A stretch of 64,000 bases of DNA, from assembly GCA_964489065.1 (NCBI GenBank), contig CAZAXH010000006.1, forward strand, positions 2,867 to 66,866, written 5' to 3'. The position numbers and the translations under genes were made by a program. Within the stretch, counting starts at the first letter, position 1; every line of letters starts with the position of its first letter. Origin of the DNA: an uncultured Planctomycetales bacterium. GTDB taxonomy: Bacteria > Omnitrophota > Gorgyraeia > Zapsychrales > JANLHA01. The notes beneath the pieces were generated by a model that worked only from the letters and a program-made list of their open reading frames with translations, was not told where the DNA came from and did no database searches. Positions 9,745 through 19,391 of this stretch are shown in pieces.

Positions 9745-11384
9745 CGAACTCCTCTTTTGAAATTAAAAATGGATTTAGAATGATAGGTTTTCCTAAATAT
9801 TAAAACGACCTCACTGCTGAGAAAAACGGCCGCGGTAATCAGGATGATGGAAATCAGGGCCAGCCCATAATCGCGATGGGAGATGTAGTGAACAATTTGA
9901 AAAATGAGCGCTGTGACAGACGTTATTAGCATAAAAAGCGCCGGGATCAGTGAATAGGCCGTGGGCCGGTTTTTACTTAATAGCCACGCTGAGATGATTA
10001 GAAGGGCCAGGGCGGCTACCAATTGATTGGAGGCGCCGAAAGCCGGCCAGATTTTTTGCCAAAGGGGGTTTTGGGCGCTATCTTTGCCTAATGCGAGGAT
10101 TCCAGCCGGGATCACCACAACTAAGGTCGCTAAATAGCGATTTTTGATCCCGAAGAGTTCTCCCGTGATATAGCGGGTGATGCGGGTAGCAGAATCGAGT
10201 GTCGTTAAAATGAAGGCGTTTAAAACGGTTAGGGCGAAAAAGCTCCCCCACTCTCCTGCGATCGGGGCAGTCACATGGCCGAAGGCCAAACCATAAAAAT
10301 TGACTGGGTCGATTTTGGCGGCCACATGGCTTTGAAATTCTTCAGGAGAAAAGCCGCTGGTCATTAGGATGACGACAATCACGGCCAGAAACCCTTCTGT
10401 CAGCATCCCTCCGAAGCCAATTCTTTGTGCGTGGCGCTCGTTAGGCAGTTGTTTGGATGTGGTTCCGGAGGCAATCAGGGAATGGAATCCGGAATTAGCC
10501 CCGCAGGCGACCGTGATAAACATCATCGGCCAAAGTAGGCCAATAGGACTTGATGTGGATACAAACGCCGGAGACGACATAACCGGGTGGCTCACCAGTA
10601 TCCCGGCAACGGCCAGGAGGAGCCCTCCGAAGAGCAGATAACTGGACAGGTAATCCCGTGGTTGTAACAGAATCTGGACCGGTAAAATGGACGCGAGGAA
10701 GCAATAGGCCAGAAGCAGTAGAATCCATTGGGGCAATCCATGGACACCCAGCGTGACGGGACAGCGCTCTCCCCAAAAAAGAAGCCAGGTCAGGATGCAG
10801 AGGCCGCATACGGTAACAATTCCTGGGGGCCATTTGAGTTTGTAAAGCCCGAGTCCAACAATGACGGCTAGAGGGATGAGTCCCAGAGATGGCACGACAA
10901 TTTTAGGCTGCTCCACGAATGTCTTCCCGGCCAGGTAGGCAAACACCGCAATGACCAAAAGTAGCGCCAGCCAGACGAAAATGCTGAAAATTAATCGTGC
11001 GCGTTTAGAGATCACTCGGCTGGCGATATCCCCGATCGATGTCCCGTTTTCCCGGATAGACAGCATCAGGGCCCCGAAGTCGTGAATGCCTCCGATAAAG
11101 ATGGATCCTAGAACGATCCATAGTAAAGCGGGCAGCCAGCCCCATAGCATGACCGCCATGACTGGGCCGATGATCGGGCCGGCGCCGGCGATGGAGGCGA
11201 AGTGGTGCCCAAAAAGCACAAACCAGTTTTTGGCCGGCACATAATCAACCCCGTCAAACTGGCTTGTTGCAGGCGTTGGACGGTTGACATCAATTTGCCA
11301 GATGCTCGCGATTTTCTTTGCATAAAATCGGTATCCTAAAGAAAAACAGACGACGGAAATAAATAACAAAATGACGGAATTCAT
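9741..11384 (-). CDS. cstA: CstA-family carbon starvation protein / peptide-pyruvate transporter
   Basis: 547 aa polytopic membrane protein. The N-terminal segment DGVDYVPAKNWFVLFGHHFASIAGAGPIIGPV matches the CstA signature. Confidence 0.8.
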   Translation of the reverse strand: MNSVILLFISVVCFSLGYRFYAKKIASIWQIDVNRPTPATSQFDGVDYVPAKNWFVLFGHHFASIAGAGPIIGPVMAVMLWGWLPALLWIVLGSIFIGGIHDFGALMLSIRENGTSIGDIASRVISKRARLIFSIFVWLALLLVIAVFAYLAGKTFVEQPKIVVPSLGLIPLAVIVGLGLYKLKWPPGIVTVCGLCILTWLLFWGERCPVTLGVHGLPQWILLLLAYCFLASILPVQILLQPRDYLSSYLLFGGLLLAVAGILVSHPVMSSPAFVSTSSPIGLLWPMMFITVACGANSGFHSLIASGTTSKQLPNERHAQRIGFGGMLTEGFLAVIVVILMTSGFSPEEFQSHVAAKIDPVNFYGLAFGHVTAPIAGEWGSFFALTVLNAFILTTLDSATRITRYITGELFGIKNRYLATLVVVIPAGILALGKDSAQNPLWQKIWPAFGASNQLVAALALLIISAWLLSKNRPTAYSLIPALFMLITSVTALIFQIVHYISHRDYGLALISIILITAAVFLSSEVVLIFRKTYHSKSIFNFKRGVR

Positions 11385-11388
11385 AATT

Positions 11389-12591
11389 TTATAAATATTT
11401 GTTCATAAAAACTTCCATCAGGGCCTCTCCATTCTGATACTTCAACCCTTTGGATTTTGCGCTTATTTCGTTGAACATATCGACAGGATCCAGGGGTATC
11501 CCTTTTCCGTACATGACAAAGCCCACCGGCTCCCGGGTATGCGTCCGGAGGGAAACCGGTGTCGGATGATCCGGAAGCACCAGAATCCGGACATCGGCAT
11601 GGGCATCGAAATGCGTGAGAATCGTGCCGATAATCTCCCGGTCGATTTTTTCAATACATTCCATCTTGGCCTTGGCATCGCCGTTATGCCCGGCTTCATC
11701 CGGGGCCTCGATGTGGATATAAACGAAGTTTTTGGTTTTTAACGTGTTTAAAGCATATTCCGCTTTTCCCAGGTAATTGGTGTCGTAATATCCCGTTATT
11801 CCGGGGACCTGGATGACTTCCAGCCCGGCTAGCCGGCCGATTCCGTTCACGAGATCGACGGCAGAGATTATCCCGCCGTCCACACCATATTTTTCTTTAA
11901 AAGAAGGCAGGGTGGGTTTGACTCCCTGCCCCCAGAGCCAGATCAAATTTGCAGGATTTTCTTTAAGATCAATACGCACATTGTTGACGGGATGGTCAGC
12001 CAGGATGGCTTTGGATTTTTCCATGAGTTTTAACAGGATTTTGGATCCTGCGCCCTGGGGCAGATAACGGTCGACCTCCTTGCCCATGATGTCATGCGGA
12101 GGCGTACACTTGATGTTCAGAAATTCTTTGATGTCCCTTACTTTGATGACCATGATATGTCGGTAGCTTTTCCCGGTATAAAATCGTACTCCTTCCTCGG
12201 CCACGTGTTTGTTCAGAGTATCGATAATAAGGGCTGCTTCCTTGTCTTTGATATGACCGGCGCTGTAATCGACCATTTTTTTGTCCAGAGCGGTGACCAG
12301 GTTGCACCGGAACGCGATTTCATCTTCGGCAAGATCAATGCCGAGATTCGCCGCTTCCAGCGGCGCCCGTCCGGAAAAAACTTTTTTGGGGTCATATCCC
12401 AATAGAGACAAATTCCCGATTTCAGACCCCGGTTTCAAGCCATCCGGGATGGTTTTAATCATGCCAACGTTCCCGTTCCGCGCGAGAAAATCCATATTGA
12501 GAGTATGGGCCGCTTCCAAGGGGGTCTTCCCGGATAATTCTTCCAGCGGCAGATCCGCCATGCCGTCCGGCACAATGACGATATATTTCAT
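11389..12591 (-). CDS. apgM: 2,3-bisphosphoglycerate-independent phosphoglycerate mutase, archaeal type (ApgM)
   Basis: 400 aa. The N-terminus MKYIVIVPDGMAD and the overall length match the cofactor-independent ApgM family (alkaline-phosphatase superfamily). The C-terminal metal-binding HxH-like region is present. Confidence 0.8.
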   Translation of the reverse strand: MKYIVIVPDGMADLPLEELSGKTPLEAAHTLNMDFLARNGNVGMIKTIPDGLKPGSEIGNLSLLGYDPKKVFSGRAPLEAANLGIDLAEDEIAFRCNLVTALDKKMVDYSAGHIKDKEAALIIDTLNKHVAEEGVRFYTGKSYRHIMVIKVRDIKEFLNIKCTPPHDIMGKEVDRYLPQGAGSKILLKLMEKSKAILADHPVNNVRIDLKENPANLIWLWGQGVKPTLPSFKEKYGVDGGIISAVDLVNGIGRLAGLEVIQVPGITGYYDTNYLGKAEYALNTLKTKNFVYIHIEAPDEAGHNGDAKAKMECIEKIDREIIGTILTHFDAHADVRILVLPDHPTPVSLRTHTREPVGFVMYGKGIPLDPVDMFNEISAKSKGLKYQNGEALMEVFMNKYL

Positions 12592-13223
12592 AAGTGTGTT
12601 TCCAATCCCCGGATTAAGTGTTGGACCAACTGTCGTCTTGATGTCACCGGTCCCGTCCTCTCCCCTTCTTTGTAGGCGATGAAAGCCCGGTATGCTGGGT
12701 TTAAGGAGTTAGCCACCACGGCATCACATTGAGCTTCCCTGAAAAGTTTTCGGGTTGCTTCCAGCAGCCGCCCCTGGTGATAACGGGATGCGAGCTTGAA
12801 TCCGACCAGAAAACACCCGGGGGATAATTTTTTTATGATTCTTATCAATTTTTTTGTCGGGACTAAGGTCAAAGTCAATTTTTTCGCCTGTGAACTTATT
12901 TTCCCGGTAAAAGGGCGTTTGAGCTGGAAGTCAGAAACGGCGGCTGCGTGGATAACGATATCATATTTTTTTTTGAGTTCCTGCTGTAAGAGATTTTCCA
13001 GTTCCTTCAGAAAGTGAAATTTAAGGCGACGTATTCCCGTTGCCGAAAATTCCGCTGTTCCCGGGCCCTGCAAAAGGGTGACCTTGGCTCCTTGTTCCCG
13101 GCACATTTGTGCGCAGATTTGCCCCAAGGACCCGCTGGAGACATTGCTTAATATCCGGACATCATCAACCGGCACCCATGTCGGTCCGCAGGTAATCAAA
13201 ATTTTTTTATTTTTGAGCCCCAT
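12588..13223 (-). CDS. coaB: Phosphopantothenate--cysteine ligase, stand-alone CoaB domain
   Basis: 211 aa. ILITCGPTWVPVDDVRILSNVSSGSLG followed by GAKVTLLQGP aligns with the CoaB half of E. coli Dfp. No CoaC flavoprotein domain is fused or adjacent. Confidence 0.75.
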   Translation of the reverse strand: MGLKNKKILITCGPTWVPVDDVRILSNVSSGSLGQICAQMCREQGAKVTLLQGPGTAEFSATGIRRLKFHFLKELENLLQQELKKKYDIVIHAAAVSDFQLKRPFTGKISSQAKKLTLTLVPTKKLIRIIKKLSPGCFLVGFKLASRYHQGRLLEATRKLFREAQCDAVVANSLNPAYRAFIAYKEGERTGPVTSRRQLVQHLIRGLETHL

Positions 13224-13238
13224 CCCCGTCTATCCTGT

Positions 13239-14294
13239 TTATAATCCGATTTCTTTCAGGATGACTTTTAATTCCGGTTCCAGCGTGACCGGTTGAGAGA
13301 CATTTTTGATGGCGATATTGGGATCTTTAAGCCCGTGCCCGGTGAGTGTGCAGATGATCCTGGAGCCTTTATGGCTTTTGAAAAATCCGCGTTCGTGCAG
13401 TTTGAGGATGCCGGCCACCGAGGCCGCGGAAGCCGGTTCTGCGAATACGCCGATCCCCTGGGCCATCAGTTTATACGCCTCCAAAATTTCTTCATCTGTT
13501 ACTAGGTCAATCACCCCCCCGGATTCGTCCCGGGCTGCTTCCGCGGTTTTCCAACTGGCCGGATTTCCGATCCGGATTGCCGTGGCAATAGTTTCCGGGT
13601 TGGGGACAATCTTCCCCTGCACGATCGGAGCGGCGCCTGCGGCCTGAAATCCCAGCATCACCGGGAGTTGAGTTGTTTTTCCCCTCGCTTTGTATTCTTT
13701 GTAGCCTTTCCAGTAAGCGGTAATGTTCCCGGCGTTTCCTACTGGGATGGCATGAAATTCCGGCGCGTCTTGAAGCGCATCGCATATTTCAAAAGCGGCT
13801 GATTTTTGTCCTTCGATCCGGAACGGATTGATGGAATTTACAAGCTCCACAGGGTAATTGCTCGTAATGTCTTTGACCAGATTGAGGGCCTGGTCAAAGT
13901 TCCCTTTAATAGCGATGACCTTAGCGTTATGAATCATGGCTTGCGCGAGTTTCCCCAAGGCAATGTTTCCATCCGGAATCAGCACAACGCATCGCATGGT
14001 CTGGCTACGGGCGGCATACGCAGCGGCTGATGCGGAAGTGTTACCGGTGGAGGCACACATCACGATCCTGGCCCCCTTTTCTTTTGCTTTTGAGATGGCC
14101 ATGGTCATGCCCCGGTCTTTGAAAGAACCAGTCGGGTTGCAGCCATCGAATTTCAGATAAACCTTTAAGCCGATTCTGTCGGACAGGGCGTCTGCCGGAA
14201 TGAGCGGTGTGTTCCCTTCCTTAAGAGTTACGATAGGCGTAGCTCCGGTGACCGGCATAAAATCGCGGTAATGTTGTATAATCCCTTCCCACAT
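13239..14294 (-). CDS. thrC: Threonine synthase
   Basis: 351 aa PLP fold-type II enzyme. It has the lysine motif NPTGSFKDRG and the short-type ThrC N-terminus TPIVTLKEGNTPL. Confidence 0.9.
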   Translation of the reverse strand: MWEGIIQHYRDFMPVTGATPIVTLKEGNTPLIPADALSDRIGLKVYLKFDGCNPTGSFKDRGMTMAISKAKEKGARIVMCASTGNTSASAAAYAARSQTMRCVVLIPDGNIALGKLAQAMIHNAKVIAIKGNFDQALNLVKDITSNYPVELVNSINPFRIEGQKSAAFEICDALQDAPEFHAIPVGNAGNITAYWKGYKEYKARGKTTQLPVMLGFQAAGAAPIVQGKIVPNPETIATAIRIGNPASWKTAEAARDESGGVIDLVTDEEILEAYKLMAQGIGVFAEPASAASVAGILKLHERGFFKSHKGSRIICTLTGHGLKDPNIAIKNVSQPVTLEPELKVILKEIGL

Positions 14295-14325
14295 GGGTGT
14301 ATAGACTCCTCGAAAAACGGATGCG

Positions 14326-15627
14326 TTAAGATAAATTCTCCATCCTTATAACGACAGGTTTGCTCTTTACAATGGCGAACTTGTGGATTTGCTGCAACGC
14401 TTCCCGGACCTGGCGTTCCGGGGCGTAATCCGTGATCATAATGACCGGAATAGCCGCCACATTGCTGTTATGGGGTTTTTGGGTGACCGAATTAATACCG
14501 ATTCCGTGTTCGGCCAAGATGCCGGCGATTTGCGATAATATCCCCGGCTTATCCACCGCCATAAAACGGATATAAAATTTTGTTGAAACTTCATCAATCG
14601 TTTTTATGGTAATGGTTTCGGATTCTACAAAAGAATTCCCGATCATTTGAGACGCGGGGATACCCTTGCGGGTGCACAAATTGATCAGGTCGCTCACTAC
14701 GCCTGAGGCGGCCGCCATTTGCCCGGCACCCTGCCCGGAAAGCATAACTTCTCCCAGTGGATCAATTGTGGTGAAGAGTGCGTTCATGACACCGTTAATA
14801 GACGCTAAGGGATGGGTTTTGGCAATCAGGGTCGGGTGAACCCTTGCTTCGATCTGTTCCTTTTGCTTCTTTGCGATCGCCAGCAATTTGATCGTTAATC
14901 CGAGATTTTCCGCGTATTCAATGTCCTCGTGAGCAATCTGCGTGATCCCCTCCGTGTGAATGTCTTTCAGGTTGATAAAACGCCCCATGGTCAGAGACAC
15001 GAGTATAGCCAGTTTGTGGGCCGAATCCGTCCCGTTAATATCCAGGGTTGGATCCGTTTCGGCAAAACCACATTTTTGCGCACTGGCTACGGCTTCGGTA
15101 AAAGAACAGTTCTTCTGGCTCATTTCCGTGAGGATATAATTGCAGGTGCCGTTGATGATCCCATAGATACTGGCAAACTGATTGCCTGCCACCCCTTCCG
15201 TGATGGTTTTAATAACCGGGACACCGGCCATGACGGAGGATTCAAAGAAAATATTCTTGTCCTGTTTGTGGGCTTCCAGGAAAAGATCTTTGCCGTATTG
15301 CGCAATCAGGCTTTTATTAGCGGTGACAACGTATTTTTTGTTCCGGAGGGCTTTAAAAACAAAATCTTTGGCCGGATCAATTCCGCCGATCAATTCAACG
15401 ACCACGTCGATTTCCGGGTCGTTTAATATATCGTCTGCGCAAGCCGTGAGATGATATTTCTGCAGTTCTTTGGGCTGCTCCTGCCGGAAACGCAGGTCAC
15501 AGATGCTTTTGACGGTCAGGTTCACCGCGTATTTTTTATTGATATAACTTTTTTTCATCTGCAGGAATTTAATCAGCCCCATGCCGACATTCCCACAGCC
15601 GATCAATCCAATGGTCAGGCGTTCCAT
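14326..15627 (-). CDS. hom: Homoserine dehydrogenase with C-terminal ACT domain
   Basis: The ORF track extends to 15723. The start is set at the internal Met (MERLTIGLIGCGNVG, Rossmann motif) at 15627 because the 32-aa extension is low-complexity. The C-terminal ACT domain is present. Confidence 0.85.
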   Translation of the reverse strand: MERLTIGLIGCGNVGMGLIKFLQMKKSYINKKYAVNLTVKSICDLRFRQEQPKELQKYHLTACADDILNDPEIDVVVELIGGIDPAKDFVFKALRNKKYVVTANKSLIAQYGKDLFLEAHKQDKNIFFESSVMAGVPVIKTITEGVAGNQFASIYGIINGTCNYILTEMSQKNCSFTEAVASAQKCGFAETDPTLDINGTDSAHKLAILVSLTMGRFINLKDIHTEGITQIAHEDIEYAENLGLTIKLLAIAKKQKEQIEARVHPTLIAKTHPLASINGVMNALFTTIDPLGEVMLSGQGAGQMAAASGVVSDLINLCTRKGIPASQMIGNSFVESETITIKTIDEVSTKFYIRFMAVDKPGILSQIAGILAEHGIGINSVTQKPHNSNVAAIPVIMITDYAPERQVREALQQIHKFAIVKSKPVVIRMENLS

Positions 15628-15628
15628 A

Positions 15629-16009
15629 TTAGCCACGTTCTTTCTTGTCAAAATGTTCGACGAGCTTGGTGAGTAAATACTCGGCCTCGGGAGACAGGTT
15701 CTTAAACTCAAGCCGGGTTTCATAAATGATGTCTTTTATTTTTTCATGAGATTCCAGCACCAGACCTTCCAGATGGGTGAGTTCCAGGAGAAAAGGCGTT
15801 TTCATTTCTATCGCTAATACAGAATGAGACGGGAACCCTTTGGAGGTAATAAGGCACATCCCGCCCATACTGATATTTTTTAGCTGGGAAGCTTCAAAGC
15901 GGTGTTGAGGGTATGCCATATCATAGTAGGTCAAAATAAAATTCTTTTGGATTCTATGATATTTCCTCCGCTCCGGGCGATCCTGTTTGTCCATAGCCCC
16001 TTTTCCCAT
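15629..16009 (-). CDS. Stand-alone PilZ-domain protein (putative c-di-GMP receptor)
   Basis: 126 aa. It has RRKYHRIQ (RxxxR) and NISMGGMCL (D/NxSxGG), the two c-di-GMP-binding motifs of PilZ. The stop lies one nucleotide before the hom start. Confidence 0.6.
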   Translation of the reverse strand: MGKGAMDKQDRPERRKYHRIQKNFILTYYDMAYPQHRFEASQLKNISMGGMCLITSKGFPSHSVLAIEMKTPFLLELTHLEGLVLESHEKIKDIIYETRLEFKNLSPEAEYLLTKLVEHFDKKERG

Positions 16010-16053
16010 AGTTCTCTCCTATTTAAGAATATATTAATAATACGTATAAAAAG

Positions 16054-16127
16054 TCGGAGCGGACGGGTTCGAACCGTCGACCTCTTGAACCCCATTCAAG
16101 TGCGCTCGCCAACTGCGCTACGCTCCG
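16054..16127 (-). tRNA. tRNA-Pro (anticodon GGG)
   Basis: The reverse complement folds as a cloverleaf: acceptor CGGAGCG/CGCTCCG, D-arm GCGC-AGTTGGCGA-GCGC, anticodon stem CTTGA/TCAAG with loop AT-GGG-GT, and a T-arm with TTCGAAC. CCA is not encoded. Confidence 0.8.
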
Positions 16128-16329
16128 GTATCTTTCTAAATGTCAATAAATATATCTATCATCAATACAGAACGTTCATTATACCTTAATCCTCTTTATA
16201 TGCAAAGAAAAACTTCCGATTCGTATTTTATTAAACAATAACTGGATTTTGAGCCTGCCGTGTTTCCTGAAATTCCAAAAGAAACTATGCAGAGGAGCTG
16301 CATTCCACTCAGCTTAATAATCGTATCTC

Positions 16330-17328
16330 TTACTCAGCCTTTAGTTTACGAGTCATGAGATCGTTGACCGCTTTCCGTGGATCTTTCCCTTCATAGATAA
16401 TTTTATATACCTCTTCCGAGATGGGCATGGATACGTCGAGTTTTTGTCGGAGTTTATGAACGGCCTTAACGGTTTCGACCCCTTCGGCGACCATATTCAT
16501 GGATGATAGAATTTGCTGAATGGATTTCCCTTTCCCCAACTCTCTCCCGACAAAACGATTACGGCTTTGAGGGCTCACGCAGGTTGTGACGAGGTCTCCT
16601 AATCCGGTCAAGCCGCTGAAGGTTTTTTGTTTGGCTCCCATGGCTTTTCCCAACCGGGCCATTTCCACCAAGCCGCGGGTCAAAATGGCCGCCAGAGTAT
16701 TCGTGCCGAAGCCAAGCCCGTCACAGACGCCGCAGGCGATTGCGATGATGTTTTTCAAACTCCCCCCTATTTCCAGCCCGATGACATCATTATTGGTATA
16801 GATGCGAAAGTTTTCGGAATGAAAAATTTTTTGGAGTTCCTTAGCGGTGCGGATCTGTTTGGACGCGATGACGGCCGTTGTCGGCAGTCCCTCGGCCACT
16901 TCTCTGGCGATTGTCGGTCCGGAGAGTACGGCTAGATCCACATGGCCCAAGTGTTGAGTGATCACCTGGGACATCCTTAAAAGATTTTGGGTGTCGATCC
17001 CTTTTATAACACTCAAATATGTTTTGTTTGCGCAGGCACTTGCCGGAAAGCCTTTCAGGACGCTGGAAAGGTATTGAGAGGGTACAGCGAGAACAATGAG
17101 AGAGCTGGAAGCGATCGCCTGTTCAATGTCGGCGGTGACGACGATGGATGCCGGGATCATGATCCCGGGCAAAAACTTTGTGTTCATTCTGGCCTGGTTG
17201 ATCTCCCGGGCGTTTTCTTCAAAAGCGCTCCACAATGTCACGGTATATCCTTTACGGTCCAGATAAACAGCGAGAGTGGTGCCCCAACTGCCGTCACCTA
17301 AAATAGAAACATTTTGATGTTTTTTCAC
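16330..17328 (-). CDS. gpsA: NAD(P)H-dependent glycerol-3-phosphate dehydrogenase
   Basis: 332 aa. The N-terminal GDGSWGTTLA dinucleotide-binding motif and overall GpsA architecture are present. Confidence 0.9.
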   Translation of the reverse strand: MKKHQNVSILGDGSWGTTLAVYLDRKGYTVTLWSAFEENAREINQARMNTKFLPGIMIPASIVVTADIEQAIASSSLIVLAVPSQYLSSVLKGFPASACANKTYLSVIKGIDTQNLLRMSQVITQHLGHVDLAVLSGPTIAREVAEGLPTTAVIASKQIRTAKELQKIFHSENFRIYTNNDVIGLEIGGSLKNIIAIACGVCDGLGFGTNTLAAILTRGLVEMARLGKAMGAKQKTFSGLTGLGDLVTTCVSPQSRNRFVGRELGKGKSIQQILSSMNMVAEGVETVKAVHKLRQKLDVSMPISEEVYKIIYEGKDPRKAVNDLMTRKLKAE

Positions 17329-17439
17329 ACGGTCCTCCTCTTCGGGATGTCAAAAATAGAATATTGATTTTATGCTGGAATAATTTTGGGTCCAGACTCT
17401 TTGTCCGATTGAGCGCCCTGGATGGTTTCATGCTTTATA

Positions 17440-19335
17440 CTATAGAGGATTGATCAAAACTTTGTAAAGAGAAAAGACGTCGTTCTGGTAAACCGGCTCT
17501 AATATGGGATTGGCCGGGGGGGCGTTGTAATTCATGAACACGATGTAGTTCACGCGGTAGCGCAGCAGCGCGGTTTGAATCGCCGGGGTTATGTCCGTTG
17601 TGACCATCACTTTGAAGGGTTCGATATGGCTGACCCGTTTTTGCCATTCTCTGGCGGCCTGATAGTCAAACCCTACAATTCCGCAGTCCCGGTAGGAACA
17701 TATAATTTTTCTCTCGGATAATATCCGGAAACCGCCCATGGTCATGTTGTAGGGCACTAAAAACAGCGCGTTTTTAGGGGTGTGGGACTGCGCATATCTC
17801 TGCATGTCCTCCCAGTTCCGCTGTAACTGCCAAAACCCGGTTCCGTTCCGTTCCGTTTGAAGCCGCTGGTAATGATAAGCCATAAAATGTCCGGTAAGCA
17901 GAATAAACGGGATGATGATAGATAATGTCTTGAGCCGGAGGGTCCAGACCCGGTCGCGGAGGCGAATTAAAATAAGGAAGTTTATGAGAAGCAGGCCCCA
18001 GGTGGCTAAAACGTTCGTCAGCACGCTCGGGCTGTAATGCTGCCGGAGGAAAAGAAAAAATAACCCAGCGATCCCCAGGGCGATAACGCCGAGAGCCCGG
18101 GCGGCCTTTTGCGGGGATTTCCCCCCTTCCTGTTGGAGGCTCAACACCCCTATGATGAGAACCGTGGCGCATACGGTCACAAATCCCCCGAACCGCAGTA
18201 ATGGAATGGAAACGGAACAAATAAGAATTGTTAACGGCGAGGCCGTCGGCGCCAGATTGGCAAACAATATGAGCGTGTATCCCCACAGGAAGAACAGCAT
18301 AAACTGCGTGTGTCTTACAAGGTTGAAGTCCAGAATGAATCTTTTCGGAAAAATATAGGTGAAAGTAAAAGACACTAACAATGAAATGAACGCGGTCAGC
18401 AGGACCGCCTTGACTTTTTTGTCCCGCCGGAACACGGGGTTAAAATAAAAATTGAGGCCGTATAATCCCAAGATGGCCCAATAGGACGCCGTCGCCTCAA
18501 GGAAGACGGAAATATGTTTGCCCATGTCCGCCAGCTCCGCATTCTGGAAGAGGAAGTTTTGCGGGCAGGCCAGATGATAAAGTTCAAGCCATTCCCGGGC
18601 GGTCGGCGGCGGCCCGGCGGATGAGCTGATGTGCCCGGATTTCATCCAGATTAGAAGCGGGCTTAGGGAGAACAAAAATGCCAGTGACGCTTTTAGAATT
18701 GTCCGGCCGCCGTAACGGGAGAAATGCCGGGTCAAAAAAACCAGTAAATAGAGAAAGGGGAAAAGACTGTAGAGGGAATGGATATTGGCGGACAACCCGA
18801 AGATCGCCGCGGCCCAGGTGAACCGGTTTTTATAAAAGAAATAGATCCCGCCCATAATGAACGCCAGCGCGAATTCCTGGTGGGAGAACGTCCGGTAGAG
18901 AAATTCTTCTACCCGTCCCAGGAGGATCAGCATGACCACGCACAGGGCTCCGGTCAGACGGGACTGGCTGATGTGCGACCACAGTTTGAAAATATAGAAG
19001 AAAAAGAGATACCGGCAGAAAAGGTAGAGCGACAGGTAGACGGATGGGATTTGTTCCACCGAAATGACTTTTGCCAGACAAGGGTATAGCAGGGAGGAAA
19101 AGTTTTTCTTAAGGCTCTCCACATAATAATCGCCGGCGTAAAGTGACGGATCTATCAAACTTTTGAGAAGAGGTATTTCCAGATGCTGGTCATCCCATCC
19201 GTATGTGTATCCGTTGGTGAGCAGGAATATCCCCAATAATAAGACAGCGATGACCCAATCCTTCCGCCAAAGGGGTTTTAATGCGGCACGAAACCCTTCC
19301 CCAGCGGTGGAATTTATGTCTATTTTTATAGGCAC
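17440..19335 (-). CDS. Large polytopic membrane protein, GT-C-like glycosyltransferase candidate
   Basis: 631 aa with at least 12 predicted TM segments. A WDDQH acidic motif sits in the first extracytoplasmic loop directly after TM1, as in GT-C enzymes. It lies immediately downstream of a GT2 polyprenyl-phosphate sugar synthase-like gene. Confidence 0.45.
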   Translation of the reverse strand: MPIKIDINSTAGEGFRAALKPLWRKDWVIAVLLLGIFLLTNGYTYGWDDQHLEIPLLKSLIDPSLYAGDYYVESLKKNFSSLLYPCLAKVISVEQIPSVYLSLYLFCRYLFFFYIFKLWSHISQSRLTGALCVVMLILLGRVEEFLYRTFSHQEFALAFIMGGIYFFYKNRFTWAAAIFGLSANIHSLYSLFPFLYLLVFLTRHFSRYGGRTILKASLAFLFSLSPLLIWMKSGHISSSAGPPPTAREWLELYHLACPQNFLFQNAELADMGKHISVFLEATASYWAILGLYGLNFYFNPVFRRDKKVKAVLLTAFISLLVSFTFTYIFPKRFILDFNLVRHTQFMLFFLWGYTLILFANLAPTASPLTILICSVSIPLLRFGGFVTVCATVLIIGVLSLQQEGGKSPQKAARALGVIALGIAGLFFLFLRQHYSPSVLTNVLATWGLLLINFLILIRLRDRVWTLRLKTLSIIIPFILLTGHFMAYHYQRLQTERNGTGFWQLQRNWEDMQRYAQSHTPKNALFLVPYNMTMGGFRILSERKIICSYRDCGIVGFDYQAAREWQKRVSHIEPFKVMVTTDITPAIQTALLRYRVNYIVFMNYNAPPANPILEPVYQNDVFSLYKVLINPL

Positions 19336-19391
19336 GGAAACGGATCGTTAAATTTTTTGTTTGAAGTTTGTCCCGGGGTGATCGCGTCGTA

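Noticed and set aside
15628-15723. 32-aa N-terminal extension of homoserine dehydrogenase
   Set aside because: The extension is Ser/Pro-rich with no conservation, and it would overlap the PilZ gene. The Rossmann-fold start MERLTIGLIGCG at 15627 is the conventional N-terminus.
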